From Myxococcota bacterium (lineage in GTDB: Bacteria > Myxococcota_A > UBA9160 > UBA4427), in NCBI GenBank assembly GCA_041440805.1, contig JASDVF010000036.1:75179-139178 (forward strand): DNA of 64,000 bases, in the 5' to 3' direction. Under the pieces are notes generated by a model that worked only from the letters and a program-made list of their open reading frames with translations, was not told where the DNA came from and did not search any database. The first letter of the stretch is position 1; each line of letters starts with the position of its first letter. Positions 18,271 through 28,100 of this stretch are shown here, piece after piece. The translations under genes and the position numbers were made by a program.

Positions 18271-21200
18271 GGCGCGACCGATGCGCTTGATCGCACGGCG
18301 ATCTCGACGCTAAACGAAACGTTTGCGCCCTCGGAAGCTTTCTGGGTCCGTCGGCTCGCGAGTCTCGATGCGGTCGAAGCGCCGTATCGGAGTGCCGGCA
18401 GTTCTAACAGTGCCGACGGTTCTAAGAGTACCGACGGTTCCAAGAGTGCCGACGGTTCTAATAGTTCCGCTCCGGTGGATTCGGAAGAGCGCCAGGTTGA
18501 ACGATTCGCTTTGGATCCCGCGGCACTGCTACCCGGACTCTCCGGTAGCGAACGACCCGAGGCCTTGATCGCTGGCTTCGCAGTCTATCTATCGCGCCTT
18601 CAGGGCGTTTCGGATTTTGATCTGACCTGGAGCGAAGACGCTCTACACCAGCGAATTGAGGAAGGGGGCCCCCTCTACTCGAAGCGTGTTCCGATGCGAC
18701 TCGCTGTTGCTGCGGATGCGACGGTCTCGGATGTCATGACGGCAGTGCGCACCGAAATCGGAAAGGTGCGCGACAAGGGCACGTTCCTGATCGATGCGGT
18801 CGCGCGCGATCCACGGCTATCCGCTCATCCGATTCTTTCCCGGGCACGTTGGACTTCTGTCACCGTCGGACTTCATGCGGACTCCGAGAGAACGGCCTTG
18901 CCGAAGGGGTCGGATCTTGGACTCTTTGTGAGTCCGTCTGGCGATGCGGCGCATCTTGCTTTTGATCGTGATGCGATCGATGTGACAGATGCTCGCCGAA
19001 TTCTTGATCAGTTGAGCGTGTTGCTTCGGGCGAGTTCTGATGATTCGCTTGCGATTGCGAAGCTGCCCTTGCTTGCGGACGATGAGCGAAGTCGAATTCT
19101 CTACGAATGGAATCAGACCGCCGCGGACTTTGATCGCACGGCCACTGTGGCTTCCCTGTTCGCTGCTCAGGTCGAGCGAACTCCGGACGCGACGGCCCTC
19201 GTCTTTGAGTCCGAAGAACTGAGCTACCGCGAACTCGATGAGCGGGCGACGAGGCTTGCACATCATCTCGTCGGTCTTGGAATCGGCCCCGATCGCTTGG
19301 TTGGACTCCATCTAGCACGGTCCGCCGACATGCTTGTGGGCGTGTTAGGCGTGCTCAAGGCGGGGGGGGCGTATGTGCCCCTTGATCCGGTCTATCCAGG
19401 AGATCGTATCGCCTACATGATCGAGGACTCGAAAGCCTCGGTTGTGGTGACGCATGCCGCAGCTTCGCCGGCACTTCCGTCCTGTGCGGCGGAAATCGTT
19501 GATCTTGACCGAGAGTCGCGCACGATCGCCACGCGGCCTACGTCGCCTTGCGAGACCCAAAGCGGCGCCGAGAACCTTGCATACGTCATATACACCTCGG
19601 GCTCGACGGGTAAGCCCAAGGGCGTGATGGTCGAACATCGCAACGCGGTCAACTTCTTCGTAGGTATGGATGAGCGCGTCCCTCACGATTCGCCGGGCAA
19701 CTGGCTCGCCGTGACGAGTCTTTCATTCGATATTTCAGTGTTGGAGTTGCTATGGACTCTGACGCGTGGCTTCAAGGTCGTCGTCTTTGCGGATCATGAT
19801 CGGGCTATGGGCGAGTCATCTGCTGCGCCTTGGCGCCCGATCGACATGGGTCTTGCGCTTTGGGGCAGCGATGCGGGCCCGGGGCCGCGCAAATATGAGC
19901 TGATGCTCGAGAGCGCAAAGTTCGCCGACGAACGCGGCTTCTGTGCGGTGCATACGCCGGAACGACATTTTGGTGCCTTTGGCGGGCCCTTCCCTAATCC
20001 GTCGGTGACAGGGGCTGCGATCGCTGCAGTGACCAAGCGGGTTCAGATTCGGGCAAGTAGTTGTGTACTGCCGCTGCATCATCCGATCCGCGTCGCGGAA
20101 GAATGGGCGGTTGTCGATAATATTTCGAATGGTCGAGTAGGGATTTCCTTCGCCTCTGGATGGCAGCCTAACGACTTCGTGATTCGTCCGAGTGCCTTCG
20201 CTAATGCGAAGACTTCTATGTTCGAAAGCGCTGAAATCGTTAGGCGTCTCTGGCGCGGAGATGCAGTCGAATTCGAAAATCCGAATGGCACTATGGTGCC
20301 GACTGCGACACTTCCCCGGCCTGTACAAGAAGAGCTGCCGGTTTGGATTACGACGGCCGGCAACGTAGAAACGTTTCGTGCGGCGGGCGCTGCAGGCGTG
20401 AACGTGCTGACGCATCTCCTGGGGCAGCCCCTCGAAGACCTCGAAGAGAAGATCGTTGCCTATCGCCAAGCGGCGGCGGATGCTGGGCACGACCCCAAGA
20501 AGGGCGTTGTCACCTGCATGCTCCACACCTTTGTTGGCGCGGACGATGCAGAGATTCGGCGCATCGTGCGCGAGCCGATGAAGGAATATCTCGGAAGTGC
20601 GATGGCCCTCGTCGTGGACTTCGCTTGGTCCTTCCCGGCGTTTGAACGGCCTGGGGGGCCAGACTCCAAGCCTGAAGATGTCGATCTTAGGTCGCTCTCC
20701 GGAGACGAAATAGACGCGATTCTCGAATTCGCCTTTGAACGTTATTACGAGACGAGTGGACTCTTTGGTACACCAGAAGTCTGCGAGCGGATGCTGCAGC
20801 GCTGCAAGGATGCCGACATCGACGAAATCGCTTGTCTGATCGACTTCGGGGTTGATACGGACGTCGTGCTAGGCGCACTCGAAGCGCTTGATGATGTGCG
20901 AAAGCTTGTGAACGAACGGCCGGTTGATGCCGTCGAGGCGAGTTCCTCGGATGTGCCGACCGCTGATCATTCCTTCGCGTCGCAGGTCGAACAACATTCC
21001 ATCACTCATCTCCAGTGCACGCCGTCCCACGCGACTATGCTGCTCACGAATCCGCAAACACGGGGAGCTTTCGGGCGAATTCCGCATTTGATGATCGGCG
21101 GCGAAGCATTCCCTGTCTCGCTTGCGGCGGAGCTCGATGGCGTCGCAGCTGGAAACGTAACGAATATGTACGGGCCGACGGAGACGACGATTTGGTCGTC

Positions 21201-22143
21201 GACGCAGCCTGTAGCCGGCAGTCCCGAGACGATCTCGATTGGGACACCGATTGCGAATACCCAGCTCTATATTCTCGACGCACATAACGAGCCGCTGCCT
21301 GTTGGAGTGGCCGGTGAGTTGTGGATTGCGGGGGAGGGTGTCGTTCGTGGCTATCACGAGCGTTCGGATCTGACCGATGAGCGATTCGTTCCGGATCCGT
21401 TTAGTGATCGCGATGGCGCGCGCATGTACCGGACAGGTGACCTTGCGCGATGGACCGAAGAAGGGCGCATCGACTTCCTGGGACGTCTCGATCACCAGGT
21501 GAAGATCCGCGGCTACCGGATTGAACTCGGCGAGATCGAAGCTCGGCTGGCTGGCCTGCCGGGTGTTCGCGAAGCGGTCGTGATCGCGCGCGAAGATGTG
21601 TCGGGAGATGTTCGGTTGGTGGGTTATGTGCTCGCCGAAGGCAATAAGATCGACGAGGGCGCGCTTCGTGACGGATTGCGTGAGCACCTACCGGAGTTCA
21701 TGGTTCCGTCGAATCTCGTTCGACTCGATCGCTATCCGCAGACGCCGAACGGCAAAGTGGACCGGAAAGCCTTGCCGGCGCCGAACGAAGTCGGACAGGT
21801 CTCGCAGGCCGTGTTCGTCGCACCCGAGAGTGATCTCGAGGCGCAGATCGCAATGGTCTGGCGCGAGGTGCTCTATCTCGAGCAGGTCGGCGTGAACGAC
21901 AACTTCTTTGACTTGGGCGGGCATTCGCTGCTCGTCGTTCAGGCACATCGCAAGCTAGCGGGAGTGCTGGAAGTTCCGATTACGCTCACAGATCTCTACC
22001 GCTTCCCGACAATCGCTGGCCTTGCGGAACGTCTCTCCAAGGGAGATCGCTCAGCAGAGGTCGCTGCGGCGAGTCGGGGGCGCGGCGACAAGCGACGTCA
22101 GGCGCTGGAGCGTCGACGTCGTCGGGGCGGCAAAAAGGATTGA
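17338..22143 (+). CDS. NRPS loading-type module: formyltransferase - partial condensation-like region - A domain interrupted by a luciferase-like monooxygenase - PCP
   Basis: 1601 aa with a TTG start at 17338 (no in-frame ATG nearby). INFHDGPLPAYAG begins at 17632. A3 YTSGSTGKPKG at 19591, A4 FDISV at 19726, A5 NMYGPTE at 21163. Also YRTGDLARW, GRLDHQVKIRGYRIELGEIE and PNGKVDR. PCP motif FFDLGGHSL with Ser at 21925-21927. Confidence 0.9.
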   Translation: MRTETSASSATPSCVLAGSESLLLQCGALLIEKGWAIQRVVSKNDEILDWAREAGIEVCAPGRTLAEALGSVDFDYFFSITNLSIISDEVLALPKRSAINFHDGPLPAYAGMHTPAWAILNGESEYGVTFHEMTGGVDEGRILVQKRFELGGDETSLGINTSCYAAAIEGFEDLIGQLATGQTNPTEQDFSQRSYYGRHQRPEGAGLIDFSASAEVLSRWVRAMDFGERYANPFCAAKIAHGGELLLVRSATLADAESTSAGALVAIGDDGWTVGTGDGAIRLSGFRCPRGIALTPQEAAARVGLSIGQSIGATDALDRTAISTLNETFAPSEAFWVRRLASLDAVEAPYRSAGSSNSADGSKSTDGSKSADGSNSSAPVDSEERQVERFALDPAALLPGLSGSERPEALIAGFAVYLSRLQGVSDFDLTWSEDALHQRIEEGGPLYSKRVPMRLAVAADATVSDVMTAVRTEIGKVRDKGTFLIDAVARDPRLSAHPILSRARWTSVTVGLHADSERTALPKGSDLGLFVSPSGDAAHLAFDRDAIDVTDARRILDQLSVLLRASSDDSLAIAKLPLLADDERSRILYEWNQTAADFDRTATVASLFAAQVERTPDATALVFESEELSYRELDERATRLAHHLVGLGIGPDRLVGLHLARSADMLVGVLGVLKAGGAYVPLDPVYPGDRIAYMIEDSKASVVVTHAAASPALPSCAAEIVDLDRESRTIATRPTSPCETQSGAENLAYVIYTSGSTGKPKGVMVEHRNAVNFFVGMDERVPHDSPGNWLAVTSLSFDISVLELLWTLTRGFKVVVFADHDRAMGESSAAPWRPIDMGLALWGSDAGPGPRKYELMLESAKFADERGFCAVHTPERHFGAFGGPFPNPSVTGAAIAAVTKRVQIRASSCVLPLHHPIRVAEEWAVVDNISNGRVGISFASGWQPNDFVIRPSAFANAKTSMFESAEIVRRLWRGDAVEFENPNGTMVPTATLPRPVQEELPVWITTAGNVETFRAAGAAGVNVLTHLLGQPLEDLEEKIVAYRQAAADAGHDPKKGVVTCMLHTFVGADDAEIRRIVREPMKEYLGSAMALVVDFAWSFPAFERPGGPDSKPEDVDLRSLSGDEIDAILEFAFERYYETSGLFGTPEVCERMLQRCKDADIDEIACLIDFGVDTDVVLGALEALDDVRKLVNERPVDAVEASSSDVPTADHSFASQVEQHSITHLQCTPSHATMLLTNPQTRGAFGRIPHLMIGGEAFPVSLAAELDGVAAGNVTNMYGPTETTIWSSTQPVAGSPETISIGTPIANTQLYILDAHNEPLPVGVAGELWIAGEGVVRGYHERSDLTDERFVPDPFSDRDGARMYRTGDLARWTEEGRIDFLGRLDHQVKIRGYRIELGEIEARLAGLPGVREAVVIAREDVSGDVRLVGYVLAEGNKIDEGALRDGLREHLPEFMVPSNLVRLDRYPQTPNGKVDRKALPAPNEVGQVSQAVFVAPESDLEAQIAMVWREVLYLEQVGVNDNFFDLGGHSLLVVQAHRKLAGVLEVPITLTDLYRFPTIAGLAERLSKGDRSAEVAAASRGRGDKRRQALERRRRRGGKKD
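18391..18462 (+). repeat. Four tandem 18-bp units encoding S-A/T-D/G-G/S-S-K/N in the NRPS interdomain linker
   Basis: The four units are agtgccggcagttctaac, agtgccgacggttctaag, agtaccgacggttccaag and agtgccgacggttctaat. They translate to SAGSSN SADGSK STDGSK SADGSN. Confidence 0.9.
19789..20960 (+). other. Luciferase-like (FMN-dependent) monooxygenase domain inserted between A4 and A5 of the adenylation domain
   Basis: About 480 aa separate FDISV (19726) from NMYGPTE (21163), against about 80-90 aa in ordinary A domains. The insert carries LLM-type stretches (ESAKFADERGFCAVHTPERHF, NGRVGISFASGW, ACLIDFG). Boundaries are approximate. Confidence 0.75.
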
Positions 22144-22186
22144 ACGTTTTGAATGGTGAACGTCGCATGCAGACGGGGGCGAGCCG

Positions 22187-25100
22187 ATGAGTGATGAGGA
22201 GATCGGCGAGAATGATATCGCGATCGTGGGCATGGCTTTGCGCGTGCCCGGCGCGAATTCGCCGACAGAGTTCTGGGACAATCTTCAGAACAAGCGTGAG
22301 TCTATCGTCGATTACGATGAGGCGACGATGCTTGCTTCGGGTGAGTCCAAAGAAGTGCTCCGCAATCCGGCTTATGTAAGTCGGGGCGGCGCCCTTGAAA
22401 ACATGAAGCTATTCGATCGTGACTTCTTCGGCTTTAGCCCGAAAGAAGCGGCGATCCTTGATCCCCAGCATCGCCACTTCATGGAGCTGTCCTGGGAAGC
22501 GCTGGAGGATGCCGGCCATACGCCGACTAACTTCGACGGACAGATCGGCGTCTTCGCTGGCTGCGGTATGGGCAGCTACTTCTATTTCAACGTATGCAGT
22601 AACCGTGACCTCGTCGATTCGGTCGGGATGTTCCTGCTTCGACATACGGGCAACGACAAAGACTTTCTCGCGACCAGGGTGTCCTACGTCCTCGACCTCA
22701 AGGGGCCGAGTGTCAATGTACAGACGGCGTGTTCGACGTCCCTCGTCGCAACCCATCTCGCTTGCCAGAGTCTGCTCACCGGCGAGTGTGACCTCGCGCT
22801 GGCAGGCGGTGTCACGATCCAGTTCCCGACGGAAGTCGGCTACGTCTACCGGGACGGCGAGATTCTCGCGCCGGACGGCCATTGTCACTCCTTCGACCAT
22901 CGCGCCCAAGGAACCGTGCTTACGAGCGGCGGTGGCGTTGTTTCGTTGCGTCGGCTCGATGACGCGATTAACGATGGCGACAATATTTATGCTGTCATTA
23001 AGGGCTCTGCTGTTAACAACGACGGTGGCAACAAGGTCGGATACCTAGCACCCAGCGTGGATGGTCAGGCTGCGGCCATGACCGAGGCGTACACGCTCGC
23101 AGAAATCGACCCATCGACGATTGGAATGATCGAGTGTCATGGCACAGGCACTTATATGGGAGATCCGATCGAGGTCGCAGCACTCACCCAAGCTTTCCGC
23201 GCAGCGAATGAAGACAGTGACCAGGGCGACCAGTTTTGCCGTATCGGCTCGGTGAAGTCGAATATCGGTCACCTGGACACGGCGGCTGGTGTTGTTGGGC
23301 TGATGAAGGCCGCGCTCTCCCTTAAGCATCATACAATTCCGGCTTCGCTGAATTTCGAGCGACCGAATCCGGAGATCCGATTCACCGATTCTCCCTTCGT
23401 AGTGAATGATGACACGTACCCTTGGGCGGCGAGCAAGACGCCTAGGCGTGCGGCGGTGAACTCTCTTGGAGTCGGTGGCACGAATGCACATGTCGTCCTT
23501 GAAGAGCACGCATCGGCGGTGACGGCGAACGAAGATGTTTCGCGCGCGCGATTGCTGCAGATATCGGCCAAGAATAAGCGATCGCTCGATGGCGCATGTG
23601 CCCGTCTTAAGACGCACCTAGAGGCGAATCCCGACCTTTCGCTTGGGGATGTCGCCTGGTCTCTGCGTGAGACGCGAGAGAACTTCGAGACACGACGCGT
23701 GTTAGTGGCGAAGGATCGCGAACAGGCTCTTGAGTTGCTCGCGGGACTCGATCCGAGGCGTGTCTTTACGCATAGCGCGGCGGACATCCGAGCCTCGATC
23801 GTGTTCATGTTCTCGGGTGGCGGGAGCCAGTATCCCGGCATGGGCCGAGGCCTTTACGAGAGCGAGCCGATTTTCCGGCAGCATGTTGATCGTGGGTTAG
23901 AACTCTATCGCGAGCGCACGGGATTTGACCTGCGCAGCCTCGTGTTCTGTGATCCGAATCGCGTTGAGCAGGCAGATGGACCTTTGACCGATATGAGTCG
24001 CCAGCTTCCGGCGATCTTCATCGTCGAGTACGCGATGGTGGAGCTTTGGAAGAGCCGCGGTATTGAGCCCTCTCTTCTGATCGGCCACAGCATGGGCGAG
24101 AACGCCGCCGCGTGTATCGCAGGCGTCGTGACCTTCGAGGAATGTCTAGACTGGCTCATTCTGCGAGGACAGCTTTTTGAGAAGACGCCGACGGGTGGCA
24201 TGATCGCGGTTTCGCTCCCGGCGGATGATCTCGTTCCGTACTTGGAAGATTCCTGCGACCTCGCGGCGAGCAATGCGCCTGGCCTAAGTGTGGCTTCTGG
24301 CGGTGTCGCCGAGATCGATGCGCTGGAGAAGCGTCTCGAAGAAGCGGAAATTGACTTTCAGAGAGTCTCGATCGAACGTGCGGCGCATTCGCGACTGCTC
24401 GATCCGATCCTCGATGAGTTCCGGTCATTCGTTGAGAAACTCGATCTCAAAGCGCCGTCGATTCCTTTTATCTCGAATCGAACCGGAGAGCGTATTAGCG
24501 ATAAAGATGCGATAAGCCCCGAGTATTGGGTTCAGCATCTGCGCAACGAAGTGCGCTTTTCGGAAGGGCTCCGCACTATTCTCGCGACGCCCGGACAGAT
24601 TCTTCTCGAAGTGGGACCCGGCCAAGCGCTTTGCAGTTATGCGCGTCAGCAAACCGCACAAGGCGCCTCGACGAACGTGATTCCGTCGCTTCGTCATAAA
24701 GCAGATTCTATCTCCGACGCCGAGTATCTACTCTCGACGATCGGACGGCTCTGGGCTTCGGGGGCGGATGTCGAGCTCGATTCGCTCTACGAGGGCGAGA
24801 CGCGGCGTCGCGTTAGGCTGCCTACCTACACATGGGATCATCAGAGTTATTTCATTGAGCGCGTTGAGGCGGATCTTACCGAGAAGGACTCGGGGCTACC
24901 GGAGCATCTCGAAGATGTGACCGATTGGGGCTTCGCTCCAACCTGGCCGGTGACAGCGCTCGATCCTCGCCAGATTGAGGTTCCCCAGACCTGGCTCATT
25001 TTCATGGACCAAGTCGGAATCGGCCGGCGCTTAAAGACGCGACTAGAAGACGCGGGACATTCGGTCGTCAGCGTCTTTGTCGCCGATAGCTATCGCAAAC

Positions 25101-28100
25101 GTTCTGCCGATGAATATTCGCTTTCGCCCGAGTTAGGCGCGGAAGGGTATTCGGCCCTGATGCGGGATCTCGCCGCCGAAGGTCGGATGCCGACACAGAT
25201 CGTGCATCTTTGGCTGACCTCCGATGTTGAACGCTTTCGTCCCGGATCGAGCTTCTTCCACGAAAACCTCCAGAATGGCTTTTATAGTCTCTACTTCCTG
25301 GCGCGGGCGCTCGCGAACGAGAGCCTGCCCGGCGATGTACACCTAACGGTCGTCTCGAATGGGTTGCAGTCGATTCTTGAGGGCGATGGTCCGCTCTATC
25401 CTGCGAAGGCGACCGTGCTTGGTCCCGTCGAGGTGATTCCGCGCGAGTTGCCTGGTGTGACCTGCAAGAGCGTTGACATCACGCTGCCGCTCAAGGGGCA
25501 AGCGGCTTTGCGCGAACGCTTCTTGGGTCGGCGGAAGAGCGTTGGCGCTCGTCCCGCGAATCTTGATGACGTGACAGATCAACTCGAGCGCGAAGTGCTC
25601 GCCGCCTCAGAATGCGACATCGTCGCGCACCGCGGGGGTGAGCGTTATGCACGGCGCTTCGAAGCTCGCCCACTGCCCGAGCGCACAGGGGATTCGAACG
25701 CATCCCTCGTTGATGAGGGCACCTACCTCATCACGGGCGGTCTAGGCGGCCTTGGATTCACCCTGGCGGATCGACTCGCACGAGAAGTTCGTGGCGCGAA
25801 GCTCGTCTTGGTGGGGCGTACGGCATTACCCGATCCGTCGGAATGGGAGGCCCTGGAGCGAAACGGCGGAGCATCGTCTCGCGATCTAGGCTGCATTCGT
25901 CGTATACGAGGACTCGAAGCGGCCGGTGCAGAGGTAATGACCTTGGCCGCGGACGTGACGAATTTCGATGAGATGCGTCGCGGTATCGATGCCGTGCGTG
26001 AGCGCTTCGGCAAAGTTCACGGCGTGTTCCATGCGGCAGGTGTTGTTGCAGACGAACTCATTCAGTTGAAGACCGATGCCGCTATCGAGCGCGTCTTCGG
26101 GCCGAAGGTGCACGGCACGCAGGTGCTTGCCAGTTTGCTCGAAGAAGCGGGCGCGGAACTTCTCGTTCTTTATTCCTCGACGAGTGCGATTACGGCGCCG
26201 CCTGGACAGGTGGACTACGCCGCAGCGAATTCTTTCCTGGATGCCTTCGCTCAGAGCCGCAAGGACCATCCTATTCGAACGCTCGCGGTGAACTGGGGCA
26301 TTTGGAATGAAGTCGGGCTCGCTGCCGCTTCCCTCGATCGGAACAAGGAGACGCACGGAGCCGAACAGGCCTACGCCGTCCAGCATCCCCTCTTTGATAC
26401 TCGGGAACAAGACTCCCACGGTCGTACAGCCTTCTTCAAGAGCTTTTCCCCGCAACGGGATTGGGTACTCGAAGAACATCGAACAGCGAACGGCGAAGCC
26501 CTCTACCCGGGAGCGGGTTACCCGGAGCTCGCGCGAGCAGCTCTAGCTGAATACGGCGAAACGGGTCCTTTCGAGATTCAGGATCTCTACTTCCTTAGGC
26601 CGCTCTATGTGCCGGACGGAGAAGTTCGTGATGTGCGAGTGCTGCTCGAACCGAACGATCTCGGCTACCGCTTCAGCGTCCGAACACGTCATAGAGTAGA
26701 GGGCCGGCCGGCGTGGATGCTGACCGCCGAAGCAACGCTCATATTAGGCGAAGGGGCACCCTCGCGTACTGTCGACCTTGATGAGATTGACGCGCGATGT
26801 GGAGCCCAGCGCTCCCACGTAAATCCCCTCGGACATGCGTCCGGTCAGGAGAACCATGTTCGCTTCGGGCCGCGGTGGCGCGTGTTGCGGCAGGTTTTGT
26901 ATGGGGAAGCTGAAGCGCTCGCATATCTCGAGGTGCCCGATGAGTTCGAAGGAGATCTAGAGGACTTTCAATTTCATCCGGCTCTGCTCGACTACGCGAC
27001 CGGATACGCGATGGGGCTCATCCCCGGCTATGACCCGAATGGCGCACTCTGGATTCCTGTTTCTTACGGAAGCATCAAGCTCGAAGCACCTCTCGAAAAG
27101 AAGATCAGTAGTTGGGTCCGCTTGCGAAATGGTGACGAGGCCGGCGGCTTCGCGTCTTTCGATATCGTGATCACGTCTGACGACGGTCGCGTGCTCTTCG
27201 AAGCCGAAGACTTCACGATTAAGCGCGTCGAAGGCGAAGTGGACTTCTCCGAGCCCGTCGACGGAAACGCTAGCGACATAGAGTTCGAAGCTTCGAATCA
27301 AGCGAAGGGCGACGATGATCTCTCTCCGGCGGAGCTGCACCTGCGGCGAAACTACGAGGTAGGGATTGGCCCAGAGGAAGGCACCGAGGCTCTCATGCGC
27401 GTCCTTGCTACCGACTCGGGGCCGCAAATGGTCGTGACGTCGATCAATCTTGACTATCTGATTCGTCAGGCAGACACGGTCGTCGCAGAGTCATCGAATA
27501 GCGGCGCGCGCTTCGAACGTCCCGCCCTCGACAGCGAATACGAAGCGCCGCGTGATGAGATCGAAAAAACGCTCGGGGCTTTATGGGAAGACTTGCTAGG
27601 TGTTGATGGTCTCGGGATTTACGACAACTTTTTTGATCTAGGCGGACATTCGCTGATTGCGGTTCGTTTCTTTACGAAGATTAAGAAGGCCTACCGGGTC
27701 GACTTCCCGATCTCGATTCTCTTCGAGGCGCCTACCATTGAGGGCTGCGCGGAACTGATTCGGGAGACGATCGGCGATGACTCTTCCCGCGCAGTTGGGG
27801 CGAGCGAAGAGGATGGCACGGCAGCGACGCGTCGAACTCGCTTCAAGCATCTTGTTGCGATGGATGCGGGAGGCGGCGCAGGTGGCCCAAATAAACCTTT
27901 CTTTCTGGTCGCGGGCATGTTTGGCAACGTTTTGAATCTGCGTCATCTCGCAGCGCTCGTGGGCACGGATCGACCGTTCTACGGCCTACAAGCGCGTGGG
28001 CTCTATGGGGATGAAAAGCCTCACGAGACGTTCGAAGAGATGGCCTCGACGTACATCGAAGAGATTCGACAGGTGCAGCCGGAAGGCCCCTACACGATTG

